Shown one piece after another: positions 26,006 through 39,804 of a stretch of DNA of 64,000 nucleotides (within the stretch, counting starts at the first letter, position 1; the number at the start of each line of letters is the position of its first letter). A model generated the notes under the pieces. It ran no database searches. It saw only the letters and a list, made by a program, of their open reading frames with translations, and was not told the origin of the DNA. The position numbers and the translations under genes are program-made. Source of the stretch: Camelus ferus (taxonomy: Eukaryota); contig NC_045696.1 of the NCBI RefSeq assembly GCF_009834535.1, positions 116,872,001 to 116,936,000 on the forward strand, read 5' to 3'.

Positions 26006-29000
26006 TGGTGGACCCTCGAGTCCGTAACACACAGAGTGGGGCAGTGAGGAGCGTCTCAGGTGAGTCTACACCGAGTGCCAGTGGCTCCTCCTCTTTATCA
26101 CATCCTGGCCCCCAACCACCACTTACCCAGTCTTCAAAGATGTTCTCTCTGCCTTTAGTTTTCTTCCTGCTGCTTCCAATCATCCGTGAAAAGACAGGGT
26201 CCTGATTAAAAACCCCTAATGGCTTTTCACTTCTCACTTAGCACATAAGCAGAAGCAAAATTCCAGACTCTCTCAATATGGAAAGTCCACTTTCACAGAA
26301 CCAAGGAGCAAAACAGGAATGGGGTGGGTAGGGTGAGGAGATGAACTAAATAAGGGTCCATGCTGAAAAGGTGGGGGAGTCCCTGGGGGGGGCACCCAGA
26401 GCTGCGTGGGAGACAAGGCCCCCAGCAGCCTCCCTCTCTCTTCCCGGTGTTTGTACTGTACCAAGCCACGAAAGCAATGATACTCTGGTGAAATATCAGG
26501 TAAAGGCTTCACCTGATCTTCAGGGAACACCTCTTCCAAGGACCATCCATCTACAGTGCAGCCTATGGGTGTTTCAGATCTTTGCTCAGTCCCCAGTGAA
26601 TGTGCCTTGGGCAGACACCCCTCCTCCAGATGCCCCAGGAGCGTAATGAACCAAAGTACAGTGCACAGGGGCCCCGGGAACCTTGTGCAGGAGAGTGGGG
26701 CTGGTGGGAGGCGAACGGAACCGGCTGGAGGCCTCCCTGAGCTGGGCAGCAGCTAAGGACCCCTCTTATTTCAATGTTTAATGAAAAATCAGCATCCCAC
26801 AAAGCAATGTGTTTTCAGTTTGTTTCTGCAGTAGAAGAAAAAGGCTGGCAGAAGACACACAACTGTTCACCGTGGTGACTTGGGGGATTCGAGTCTCCTT
26901 TACTTTCTTTCCTTTTCAGATGCTTGTTTTCAGTTTTGCTAGAATAAACACGAAGGAATATATAGCGGGTTCCAGCAAGTCTAGAGATGTGACGGCAACA
27001 ATCAAGGGAGTTCAGGACTAGGTGGCAGGAGTGATGAGGTCACATTTCTGGGGAGATGACTTTGTACATATTCTTCACGTTTTAAGTTCTAACAGGTGTT
27101 CCATTTCCAACTTTGAGAAAGTTCCATGTTAAGTTAGGGTAACAAAAATAAAAGAGGGAAAGAGAAAAGAAGAAAAGAATGGAAAGGAGAGATATAAATC
27201 AACTGATGCTTACTGAACTGAAATGGGCCAAGGTTTTCTTCCCCTTCCTCTTTCTACTTTGTTCCAAGTTCCCTCTTTCCCTAATTAAAGTACTTTATTC
27301 CTCTCCCAGAATTATGCATAGGCATCTCTCAAAAACCTCTAACAATTAGGAACAAGACGAGCTTGGGAGCCTGAGATCCAAAGCATATCTCCAAGATGTG
27401 CTTTAGTCAATAGTTCCAACATCCTTGCTCAACAAATCATTGACTGGGTTTTTGACCAGTAGAGCTGTTACTTGATCTAAGAAAACCAAACTGCTTCTGA
27501 TGAGAAACAGATCATTCTTACCTACAACGGAAAGAATTTTTCACATGCAGTTAGCCACAGATTCCTCCGGGATAGGTTTAGAGGAGGAGCCAGAACAAAA
27601 CTGGTACAGACCAGTGAGAAACAGAGGAGTTCCTGACAGGACAGTGCACCCAGGACCTGGTGACAGCTGTCACTTGCTAAGAATCATAATGCCACATGTT
27701 TTATATGAATCGTGCCTAAACTTCTCATTGATCAACCTGACCAATATTTTACAAACGGAACTGTATTTTACAAGTGTGGAATCTGAGAGGTCTACTACTT
27801 TTTTCCGGGTCACACAGCTGCTGAGTGTCCAAGAGCGGAATTTAAACACAGGTCTGAGTCTGATTTCTAATTCTGCCTTACTGTAATGTTCTGGGCACAC
27901 TAGTTTTAGAAACTCAGTTTCACTTCCGTTTAGTCTTTCTTTCTACCCATGCTGTAGGACACGACGATGCATATTCTTTTTAACATGTCATATCGTAAGA
28001 GAGAAAAGTTACCTAAAGCCTTTGGATAATCAACAAATTTCCTGCTCAACCCCAGAATAAGAGTAGTCTCTATTTGAAAGAAGATTCAGCTGCTTTAGTT
28101 TTAGGTGGGAATACCTCCTTCATTTAGGTAGACACAGCTCCAGTTCTTAAATTTGCTTCAGTCAGTATCCAATGAGACAATGGGACCTGAAAACCACCCC
28201 CAGTGATGCAGTCATTAAGGCCTCATTATGTGATGTTTGTAGTCGTGGTTACCTAAGTTGTTAATGTAGGTAGCACCATATTCTGACCTCACTCACAAAG
28301 CCTTTGCCCGACCCCTCGTCCCCGTCTGCTTCTGCCTCTTTCCTAGAAATGGTGGTGTCTGTAGCAATATTAGCTCTCGGTAGGACATGTAGCGACATCT
28401 CCTGCACGCATCTCTTCTAGGACGGGAAATAACAAAGAGAACTGAGCCCAGATCAGCTCTGAGCCACGGCTCTCTCTTTCAATGATGCTCTAGGGGAAAG
28501 AAGGCCAGCCGTGATGGGACAATGGTTAGTGAGCAGAAAAATGTCCGCTCCCACAGGCTTGGTGTCATGATTCCTACTTGTAAGCCACTTCTTTCTCAGA
28601 ACAAGCCACTGAAACAAACTCCCTCCCTTGACACTTGACTTGAAGAAAAGCAATTTAAGGTTTCTCCAAACTTGCAGCTGTTCAGTGAAAAGGAACTTGG
28701 TTTAAATGAGATTTTGAGGATCATGTTAACCCTTCTCTAATTGCATAAGTTGGCGAAATTGATGGTCTTTGTAGGGCAATGGGAATAATTGTCAGCACCA
28801 GTGAGCGTAATGTCTACATAAACTCAGCGTGGTTAAGGGAGTATGGGACTCTGGAATTACTTAGTTTAGGACCCAAAAGAAAATATTTGGAGATTACATT
28901 GCAAGCAATTGGACATAAAGTTATTCACTCATACAACAAATATTTACTGAGTGCGTGCTATAGTTGGGCACTGTTTTGAGTGTTTGGATACACCAGTAAA

Positions 29001-29244
29001 CAGAATAGGTCTTTGTCTTATGCCCTGAGAGAATGTCCATTCTACTTTCAAGAGAAAAACAATAAATTATAAATAACTGTGTAGTTTATTAGAAGGTTTT
29101 AAATGTTCCAGTAAAAAGAAAGGCAGAACAGGGTAAAGGGATATAGGATGTAGGAAAACGTGGTGTTGGACTGTAACATGACATTCTTAAGGAATGATTC
29201 AGGAAAGTGTTACTTAATATTGCTTTCAAATATTAATAAATGAC

Positions 29245-30080
29245 ATGTGTGTTGCTGCTGGTCCTCTAAGAAGCAAATGATGAGAGGAGCACAATGCAGG
29301 TCTGTGGTCAAGCAAAGGAGAGAGAGAAGGAAGAAAAATTAGATGATAGTGCTTCAGACTGCAGCGCATTTCTAAAGGAAGTTCGCTAAGGCCATCGAGG
29401 AATCATTTGGTCAAGTCAACCATCAGAGCAGCTCCGCGTCTCCTAGGAACAGACCTGTCTTAGCAGCCCTGCTTCAATCGCTCATTGGCTGGTAGCAGCT
29501 CATGGAAGTCTGGCCTGTGCCAACATAATGGTGTGTTTCAGAACACAGGAGCTGAGACCATCAGCCAATTACTCCTCTGCAATCAGAGATATGGATACAC
29601 TTTCTCACGGTTGCCACAATTAGCGTAGTAGACGTCTCCTATTTTTGGCAGAACAGCATCCTTGCCGCTTCCTCTGGTCACTGCCCCTCCAAGTTCCACT
29701 GGTAATGAAGACTCCTCTTTGTGCATGCACAGCATTGATAGAATGATCAAATCTGGTGCTCTCCTGAGCCCTCACTGCAAGGATGGGCAACTCGTCCATG
29801 CTGGACCAATCCTTCTTCTCTTCTGGTGATTTAAATCTTGAACAAGATCAAAAATGAAGGAAGCAGAATTCATTCAACAATGACAGCCAGAAAAATCTTT
29901 CCAGTTATTCCTGTTACACAGACCTCATGGAACACCACTGCTTCTTGCCTTTTCCAAGGGCTGGTGGCTCATTACTTTTTTTTTTTGGTTTTGTAAGTTA
30001 TAATATATGTCTTCAATAAATTAATATTTTTGCTTATCAGATGATCAGGATCGATTTATGTTGCTTACAAAGTACTCTAC
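29245..30080. mobile_element. Adjacent old ERVL/MaLR LTR relics (MLT1-like then LTR16/33-like)
   Basis: Degenerate MLT1-like motifs in 29245-29620. The second unit has CAATAAATT..TTTTGCTT..TGTTGCTTACAA, a typical ERVL LTR 3' end. Confidence 0.45.
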
Positions 30081-31621
30081 AAAAATGATATTTAGAAAAG
30101 GATTAGTCAAAATCCAGGGTTTAGATGACATTATATGTGGTTGAGCCCTGAGTTCTTCACTTATTTGCTGGGTATCCTCAGATACAATTTTCACATCTGT
30201 TTGTACCATGTCTGTTTACTGGATATATGCCCACTTCCCAGGGTTAAGAGTTTTGAAGATGTCAGTATATGTCAAAGTATTTTATACTTTTTGGCTAATT
30301 ATATAAAGGTTTTTTACTTGAATGTGTAATGCTTTAATTCCTTTTTTTTAATAGTTAAAAAAATCAGGGCCAACTATGGTTCAGTATTAATATTTGTTAG
30401 AGCTAGGTGGATACAGAGTGGATATCTGTTATAAAAACCTCTGTATTCTGTGCATGTATGAAACATTTCATGATTTTTTTAAATCAAGGAAACACATATT
30501 ACTTTGGAAAATGGAGAATTATTCAGCACTTCCTTGAACATCTAACCCAGTATTAAGTGGTAATATACAAAATCTTTTCAGATTGCTGGAGTTAGAAATG
30601 ATCTTAGAGATGGTGAGATGGAACTTTTTATTGTAATAATGATGAAGATCCTGAGTTGAGTGGTTGAGTAAATCACACAAAACGATTCATGTTAGTTGTT
30701 GCAAGAGGTGGGATTAGACCTCAAGTCGTATGACTCTCAGTTTTGTGGCTTTGTGCTAAAACACAGTGAACGTTAAAAAAAAAAAAATCACCAAAGAAGT
30801 AATTATCACATGAGTGAATAATCTAGTTTTGACGTCTTAAAAGCAAAAATTGTACTTATATCTATTATTGATAAAATAAGCCAGGTCATGTTACAAATTC
30901 ATCGTTGACCAAATCCTTTTTAAGCAATTAGGTGCAGAATTATAATCTGTGTTTAAAAGGTTGGGCAAGTAATAAGGTAAAAAGGATGGAAAATATGTCC
31001 TCTGGGGGAAAGCAGAAATTTTGAGATGAGTATTTGGAAACAAGGAAACAGGAATTGAGAAGAAATGGTTGAGGATCTCATGACAATTCTCCAGTGTATA
31101 AATAGATGATTGCAGTTTTAGGTGTCAATTTCACACTTTCCAAGAACATGCAGACAACAAACATACTGAGCGCCTCTTCCATTGTGTAAACTCAACGCTT
31201 AGTGAAGACTCATGAACGCTGTGCCAGATTGCCCTGAGTCACAACTTGGCAGCCATGTGAGGGAAAACAGGCGCTTCCTCGACTGACTGCTTCTCCCCTA
31301 AAATAGAGCAGAGACTTCACCAGAACTGGAGGCCACACCCCAGTGGCCGGGGAAGCACGGCTGGACCCACCAAGCACAGATCAGCTATCAGCACTGACAA
31401 GCCTGTCCCAAGACAGACATCATCGTGTGAAAAATAAATTTGTGCATACCATTTTCTTACTAGCATCCATATGATTAGAGGCATTTTTCTCCAACGACAA
31501 AAAAAAAAAAAAAGTACATTTTGAGCCTCTACCTGTAATGAACACCTGCAATTCAGAATTCTCCTAAACCAGGAGGGCTTCATTTTGATAGTCAACTGAA
31601 CAGGTGTGCTGCCTTCATCTT

Positions 31622-31825
31622 CAGAGGTCAGCAGACCAGATGGGAAGTATTTTTGCCTTTGCAGTTCAAACAGTCTCTGTCTTAAATACTCAGCGCTGCT
31701 GCTGTAGTGCTAAAACAGCAGTAAACAACACAAACAGGTGAGCATGGCTGTTTTCCAATCAACCATCCTTTGTAAAACAGGCATTCTGCCGGATATGGTC
31801 CACAGTCCCTAATTTGCAAACCCTT
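31622..31825. mobile_element. MER58-like hAT DNA transposon
   Basis: CAGAGGTCAGCA...ACTCAGCGCTGCTGCTGTAGTG..GAGCATGGCTGTTTTCCAAT...TTTGCAAACCCTT with degenerate TIRs. Confidence 0.7.
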
Positions 31826-33079
31826 ATGTAGAAACCTACTGGATTACTATACACTAATAGTTAACTCTTGATTCTTTGGAAGTTTCTACAGTATTTAAGA
31901 AGCACTATTTATTAGTGTGAGAACCAGGGAGAGTCTTTTTTTTTTTTTTTTTTTTTTAGGTAGAACCTAGATCATGAATGTCATAGTGGTGCAAACTGAA
32001 AGAAGATTATCTAGACAAACTTCTTTTCCAGAATAGAGAGTAGCAATTTCCTTTCTCCTTTGATAATGAGAATATACTTAATTATCCTTCACCTGAAAAA
32101 TAGGCTTCACTGTCAATGACCCAGGAGATCTCTGACAAGGCTTTTCATTCAATTCCATCAAGAGAAGCTACTTTGGGGCTTATGGCATTGAGTAGGAACT
32201 TTCTGAGCTGCATCACCAAGCAAAATACATGCAAATCCAGAGGCTACCGGAATGAAATGGAGATTGAGGTCAAAGAGTCTATACAGAGTCAGGCCAAAGC
32301 AATGAGAAGCTAAAAAATGTGAGAAGTTTCTACTCTGGCAATCTCTCTTATGCACGGAGAATAGGTGGTTTTCCAGAGCATTAGGTATATTCTGCACGAT
32401 AAAACCACCTTAGGCAGAAGGGGATTTTTTTGAACCTGAAAACACATTCAGAGTTTAATGTTTTCCCCTTTCAATAGTATCTCTTCTTAGTAGCATTGTT
32501 AACAAGATTCCTTTTGCTGTTTGATTCCTGCTGTATTTCTGAAACAGTGCTTTTCAAAAAAAATATAGTGGAACATAATGTTTCAAAAGATAATTTAGTG
32601 GACTAAGAATTCTTCTAGAGAGTACAGACTTCAAGAAAAATAGCTCTCCTTATTGTAGATGAAATCAGCTCTCCAGCTCCAGCCTGGTTTTACCCCCAGT
32701 CAGGTAGAGATGTTCCCAGCCAAAGATCCTTTCCTCAATTGACATCACTTTTAATAAATCATGCTTCTTGGATCCTCTCATCCATGCTCTGTGGATTAGT
32801 AAATATTAAAAACAAACAAACACACAAAAACCAAAATTCATGCCCCAGACTTTTCTCTCTTCTCATCTCAACACCCCCCCCCCCCCACAAAGTAGAAAAA
32901 GCAGGAAAGCTGGCTCCTCCTGCAGATGCACATCTTGGAGTCACTCTGAGCACCTCCTTCTTTCTCATCCCCCCAAACCAAAGAGCTACCAGACTCTGCC
33001 ACTTCCAGGAGCTAGACCTGTGAAAACGGTTTTCAATCCATCCGCTCTTCTGTCTTCTGGGCCGCATCCTAGTCTAAGC

Positions 33080-33250
33080 CAGGTCCTCTCCAACTTCAAC
33101 GTGCATCAGAATCCCCCAGAGGGCTCGAGAAAGCAGGATTGCTGGACCCACTTCTGGATTGGAATTAGTAGGTTGGGCGGGGGCATAATTTGCATTTCTT
33201 ACAGTTCCAGGTGATGCCAGTACTTCTGGTCTTCACATCACACTCTGAGC
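33080..33250. mobile_element. MER5A-like DNA transposon
   Basis: GTGCATCAGAATC..GATTGCTGGACCCA..AATTTGCATTTCT..AGTTCCAGGTGATGC..CACACTCTGAG. Confidence 0.7.
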
Positions 33251-33289
33251 AGAGCATTTGTCTGAGTGACCATCACGGCTTCTGGGCGT

Positions 33290-33860
33290 GACCTGCCTCA
33301 TGTGGCAGCAAAACTGATCTCTGAAAAATGCAGTATTCATCATGGGACTCCCCTGCTTTGAACACTTCGAGCACCGGGAGTTAACTGCCAACAGCCTGAG
33401 CATGAAAGCAACCTGACTCCCGACTACCTCCCCACTCCCATGGGACACCTTGCTGCCTGTTCTCCAGCAACGCTGGCCTTCTCTCGTTTTCTCAAGTGAG
33501 GCAGTCTCTCCCAGGACCTTTGCACGTGCTGCTTTCTTTGCCTAGAATGCTTTAGTTCTTTCCTCTGTATCATCTATTTCTCCACATCCTTCACAATTCA
33601 TCTCAACCTCACTTCCTTGATGAAGCCTTCCTTGTATCCCAGATTTCTCAGGCCCCTCGCTTATCCCTCCCATAGCAGCCTGTAATTTTCCAACAAACTG
33701 CTTAACAGCTCATGTGATTATTTGACACATCTCTCCTTCTTGGTAAACTGAAAAGTCCAGGATAGCAAAGACCACGCCTTCCTTCTCTTGCACTCCCACT
33801 GTGTGCAAAGCAGAGGGCCTGGCCCGAACATCACAGCCTGCTCTAAAATTTGTGTTGAAA
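33290..33860. mobile_element. LINE-2 3' relic
   Basis: CAGGACCTTTGCACGTGCT..TTTGCCTAGAATGC..GAAGCCTTCCT..AATTTGTGTTGAA motifs. Confidence 0.6.
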
Positions 33861-36446
33861 GGATAAAGCTCATTATTATAAGATGAACTCCAACTTTACA
33901 ATAATAACCCCGTTGGTTGTGAGAGTGAGAGCTTACATTCACTAAGTCCTCATGTGCCGGGCCCCGTGCAAAGCACCTTACAAGTAATATTTCATTTAAG
34001 CCTATGAAGTAGATGTTATTTCTATTATCACCATCTTACAGATGGGAAAACTGAGGCTCAGAAGGTTGAAGTCCACGGTTTAATAAATCAATATGCTTCA
34101 TGGTTTCAAACCATGAAATCCAATGGTTTATAAGTGATGAGAGGTTTTTTTGCCGGGTAGATACAAATCTAGACTCTGACTATCACGATAGCCAGCATTT
34201 ATGTTATTCTTTATATTTTCTATCACTTACTTCCTTTATCTGACCCTCTTAGCAACTTTAAGATAGAAATATGACCTCTTCTGGCCTCATACGGACAAGA
34301 TAAGATATGGACGGGTGAAGTGATTTGGCTAAGGTCTTGCAGAGCATGTCAGTGACTGAGCCAGGACTCAAAATCAAGTCTTCACACACAAAGCCATCAT
34401 TTTTTGCAGCCAAGCATGCTGAAAATGGTAAAAATAAAAACAAAAACAAAAACGAAAGAAAAAAACCAAAAAACCGCTCTCTAGAGTAAGATGACTTTTA
34501 CTCCATTTCTGTTCTCAAATATGCCTTTGAAAATGTGAGTTCATTTGAACATCCTGCCAAGTTGCTGAAGGCCAACAACCGGATTACTTCTTAGAAAGCT
34601 CTCGCAGCTTTGAGAGCTGTTGACATGCCGGAGCTTCTAGGTACAGCAAAAACACTCCTTCCTTTCGCCTTCAGAGGGGCCGCACTGTCTCCGTCAGCAA
34701 GCACAGGGGTTCCCGAGCGCTGTGCGGGCTGCTGGCTTCGTCTGTGCTCTCGGCAGGCCGCCTCTCCACCTGCTCCCCCTTTGCCTTTTCTTGCCCGTGT
34801 TCTCTGGGGAGGCCCTCACCTCCCTTGGCCTCCTTAGTTGTTTACCTCCTTTGCCTGCACTGGCCCAGCCTCTGAGAAGCAGCTGGGCTAGAAAGGGCTG
34901 ATGGCAGAGCAATGCTGATGGATAATCCTCAGGGCCCCAGGCCTGCGCTCCTGAATTAAGATGAATTAAGGACAACCTGGTGACTGCTTATGCAAACGTT
35001 TGTTGATTTATTAACCCAGCAGAAAATTCCAGGATGCCGTTCCCTCTATTTGTGCAAGCTATTTCTTTAAAAATAAAAACATATATAGATATATATATAT
35101 CTCCTAGCAAGGGAACTCATGTCAGTCTACAAACAGAAAAGGGGAGGATGGGGTGAGAGGTCTGAGGAAACTTGGAAGGAGAGGTAACCATGAGATGAAA
35201 CAGAGGAGCAGAGTGAGTTGATGAGAGACAGACTCATACAGTGTCTCAAGGCTGTTCCTACCTGGGAGCAGAGCAGGGCCTCATGTGAAACAGCCAAAGA
35301 AGTATTTTTATTTAGCCAGTAATGATTTATTAAGCATTTCTTACATATCAAGGACTGTTCGAGGCACCACAGAGACCAGGTTTAACATGGCACCAGAGAG
35401 CAAGTCCATCCTCAACTGTGCACAAGGCAGACGCATGAAGAGAAAGCTACAACACAGGGTGTGTCTCCGTCAGTGCCAGCTGCTGTAACAAGCACCGTAT
35501 ACAGACACGGTGGCTTATACGCAGCAGAGATTTTTTTTTTCATAGCTCTGGGCACCTGTGATCAGGGCGCCAGCATGGCCGGGTTCTGCTGAGGACCGTC
35601 TTCCGGGTGGCCCCACACTCAGAAGGGCCCCCAGCTTTGGGTTAAAGAACTGCCGTTGTTGTCTTGAAAGTTTTAGTAATTTTTTTTTTTTAAACAAAGG
35701 GTCCTACCATTTTCACTGTACAAATTACGTGGCCTTTCCTGACAGTGTATGCTGAACACTGGTTATCTCACATGGTCCCTAACCAACGTCCACAAGGGTG
35801 GCGTTGCTAGCTCTATTTCAGAGGAAACCATGTTGAGGCTCAGACGAGGAAAGTCGCTTAACTAGAGAGCACACTTAGTGAGTGGAGGGAGCTGAGGTTC
35901 CACCCCAAGTCCTTCTGCCTCTAACTGTTGGTCTCTTTACGCCAGCTGTTCAGAGCTGGTCCTTGGCTGGGCTCAGGAAATGTACGGGGAGACCTTTTCC
36001 CATGGTTTCCTGCAAGTTCAATACCATTGCTTCCCACCACAGACAGAGAGAGAACCTTTAAAATAATCAGCTTCTCTTATTTCAAAGGGCACATGTTTAA
36101 CTTCAAAGAGTCTCAAACACTGCCTCTGAAATGAGCATCTTGGTGGATTCTTGCCTTCCCGGTCTGCCAGTTATTTCCCAGAAGGCGTGTGTAGCACCTG
36201 GGAAGTCCAGCCACCAGCTCTCAGAGGCCAGGGCAGGTGAGGGAGTGCCACGGGCGTCCTGGGTGGGGAGCTCAGGTTTGCCAGGCCCGCGGCTGTGACT
36301 CAGAGAGCACAGGGGTCAGGAGTCTGACTGCTGGGACCTGGATTCCGACCCTCCCGCTGAACTTCTCTGTGAGTCAGTTTCTTTAACTATGAAATGGGGT
36401 ATTACTAGGATCTACCTCAAAGGGTTGATGAGAGAAACAGTGGAAG

Positions 36447-37066
36447 TGTTCCTGAACCAAACCTGGGTCCACTCACCCACATACAGTAAAGCCAGTCTAC
36501 TGACCCTGGGCTATGTTGCAGAAAAGGGCAGCGTTTACTGCCGGCACCCAGCAAGGAGTCCAGGTAGCTAGAGCCTAAAAGACCCCAACGCCCCGAAGGC
36601 TTTCAGAGAGTTTTTAAAGGCAGTGAGGGAGGGGGGATGTAGGGTGTGTGATCAGCTCGTGGATTCTTCTGATGGGTGGGTGGTGAGGTAACCAGGAGCC
36701 AACATCATCAACCTCTGGTTCCAACCGGTCTGGGTCTATGTCCTTGTGGGCAACACACAGTTAACTTCCTCCACCTGGTGGGGGTTTCAGTACCTGCAAA
36801 ACAGCTCAAAGGGCATGGCTCAGAATATTACCTGTAGCCCTTGAGGAGGAACTAAGGGTCCTTGACTTTGTTCAAAGGCTAACCTGTTATTATTGTCTTG
36901 CTTGACTGTTTTCATTTCTTCTGCATTTTCTCACGTCTCTGATTAAATGTACTCTTTGGAACTTGGGGACGCCCAGGGGACTAAAGTTCTTCTGTAGACA
37001 AGAGATGGGTGGAGGACATGCGGGGTGTCCATTCCAGGAAGGCCCCATAGGTCCAGCTTGGTTAGA
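36447..37066 (-). mobile_element. Solo ERV-type LTR (~620 bp) inserted into a MIR
   Basis: Minus strand reads T(C)TAACCAAG...GGACCCAGGTTTGGTTCAGGAACA. Near 4-bp TSD GAAG/GATG. MIR-like sequence on both sides (36300-36446, 37070-37150). Confidence 0.7.
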
Positions 37067-37569
37067 GATGTAAGAACGCAGGCAAAGAGCAGAGCACAGA
37101 GCACAGAGCTTGGCTGGCAATGAACACTCATTAAATGGGAGCTGTTATATTTTATGAAGTCGTCCATCCAAGTCAGGAAGGCTGACCCTCAGGAAGTGAA
37201 GGTCCACAGGAACCTATCCAGTTAAGCAGCAACAGTGACCACTATCGAGACAGGACAGACTCAGCAAAGCTCATCCTGATGAAGGTGTTGAGGCCTGAGC
37301 TACGCGTCTGCCTCGCTTTGTTCTGATCATTCGGGCTGGAGAGCCTGGGTGAGCACAGACCACTTCAGTAAACGGCCTGACGTAAAACTGCTCATTTATT
37401 AAACAATGCATCCTCAGCCGTGGGCGCAGAAACAAAACAGGCTTTGCCTCAGAGTAGCTTGTTCAGATACATGAGAAGGGGACCAGGAGAGCTGCCCAGG
37501 TTTACAAGCACAAAGCCTGGACACCTGCAAGTGAAAAAATAAACCACAAGGCAGGCACCTCAGACAGGC

Positions 37570-37648
37570 CTAGGCTTAGGGTTAGGGTTAAGATTAGTGT
37601 TAAGGTTAAGGTTAAGGTTAGATTAAGGTCAGGGTTAAAGTTAGGGTT
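37570..37648 (+). repeat. Degenerate (TTAGGG)n-like hexamer array, ~13 units
   Basis: ctaggc ttaggg ttaggg ttaaga ttagtg ttaagg ttaagg ttaagg ttaga ttaagg tcaggg ttaaag ttaggg. Confidence 0.85.
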
Positions 37649-39362
37649 CTTCTGAGCCCTTCAACTTCACCTACCATCACTTTTAAATTGTTAAGTCTAT
37701 TTGCATTTCTGAGCTTCACCTCTTGAATGCAAAAGACACAGGAGGGACGTACGAAATACTGATCTTCTACTGAGACTGAAGAGTCACATCAGAGAATCAT
37801 CATAGCATCATAACAGCATCAGAAGCTGCTTTCTGTTTCAGAGCAGGCAAAGTCTCAAGGCCTCAGAGAGGAATCAGGCTGGAGAAGGTAGCTGGGAGTA
37901 GCAACAACCATCTGACCCACGGTGTCCAGTGATTTACTTGGAGGAAGCATGGTCCCTAATCGCTGCCCCTTCAGACATTATGAAAGCTACCAATTTTACA
38001 AGCATCTAAATTAAATGTCCTCTTGCCCCTTGATACAAACACACACACACAAAATAAGTGTGTTTCTACAAATCTAGGTGTGGAATTTTTAAGACATGGC
38101 TGCACATTTTTGGCACTCTTTGTATCAATAGTTGGGATCACCTCCCGAACCTGGGTGGACTTGTTGCTGCCCCATCCACAGTACCAATGTGGGGTGGAAG
38201 AAGTTCCGCTAGGTGGCTTCCCAAACTCGGTCAGGAAGGTCTTGCCGCTTCTGCCTGATTCGTGGAACTAGACTATCTGGAGGCCTCCGGGCTAACGAGG
38301 CTATGGGCGGGCACTTCAGGGGACTGTCCCAGAGAACCCCAGACTCTCAGGATGCCCAGTGCGAGTGGAGTCATCCAAGATCCTCCAAAGCAGTGCATCT
38401 CCCATCTGAACACCACCTACCTACCCAGCTGTACTCCCTCCACGTGGAAGATGTATCATTTGGCCAAGCCCGCATTGGATTCCTGACCCACAATATCATA
38501 AGATTTGAGGGTTGTTATTTTAAGCCACTAAGTTGTAAGGTAGCTGTTAAGCAGCAGTAGGTAACTGGAAAACTAGGTGAACTTCCTTAGCCCTACAAGT
38601 CTGTGGGAAAGAGTATGGCTGCATCCACTTCACAGAAAAAAAGTTTCCAAGGTCCCACCTTCACTAGCTTTTCAGGAAACCATGTCCCTAATTGGGCTTT
38701 TCACAAATACTTCTAGAATCTAGAGGAAATATCTGCCCAAGGCAGTCTTCTGGGCTTCCGAGGATGCAGGACTCAGGTCTGCACTGTCCTCCAGGCTCAC
38801 CTGGATGCCCTCAGTTGCTGCCAAAGGCACTGTCCCATTCGAAGGTCACGTCCATGGGACTGTGGCTCTGATGGCCTCAACAGCCAGACAAGATCTTTAG
38901 GAAAATACTGCCCTTGCCCTTGCATTGCCTCTCTGGGCCTGGACTTGTCTGAGTCCACGGGAGGGCTCGGTGGGGTAAGGTCTTGTTTTGCTCAGAATTA
39001 GTTTCCTTCCTCCCCAGTCTCAGTCAACCCTGGGATACGGCTCCTTCTGTTGTCCGTACTCTCAAGCCTGGTTTCTCTAGCTCTGTTGATTCCTGGCTGG
39101 CTGGCTTGCTCATTGTTCTCTAGATGTGAAAAATCTAGAGTGACTACGAGTGATTCCTGTGCTGGGAGCCCCCATATCCACAGAAGACCCTCATTTAGAT
39201 TCTGCAGGTTCATTAAAGAGCATCTTCCTGCTGTTCATCTATTACATGACATCTTGCTCTGAAATTTGGACCCCATAGGAAACTATTCTAGATGCAACGC
39301 TTCAAGCGCATTTCTTAACAGTCAAGTGGTGAAGTCACATATGCTGTATATTTAAAATGCTA

Positions 39363-39620
39363 TTTTTTTGGTTTCTTATTTTTATTTTTTGTATGTGTAT
39401 ATATATTTATTGAAGTACAGTCAGTTTACAATGTTGTGTCAATTTCTGGGGTACAGCATAATGCTTCAGTCACACATGAACATACATATATTTGTTTTCA
39501 TATGCTTTTTCACCATAATTTACTATAAGATATCGAATATAGTTCCCTGCCCTATCCAATATGAACTTATTGTTTATCTGTTCTATATGTATCAGTTAGT
39601 ATCTGCAGATCTCTAACTTT
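39363..39620 (-). mobile_element. LINE-1 3'UTR fragment
   Basis: TTTATTGAAGTACAGTCAGTTTACAATGTTGTGTCAATTTCTGG is the reverse complement of the L1 tail seen at 55700-55770. Confidence 0.85.
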
Positions 39621-39804
39621 GAGAATAATCTGATGTTCTACACTCCTGAAGCTTTGCCTATATTCCTATACTGAGCTCCAATTCTAAAATACCTGGAAGG
39701 CATAATCAAATATTCTAAAAACCCTCTGCAGAGTCATACTGAATAACTGAGTGTAACAGAACTCACTAAGAATATCTTACATGTACGCTTAGCATAAGAA
39801 GTAA

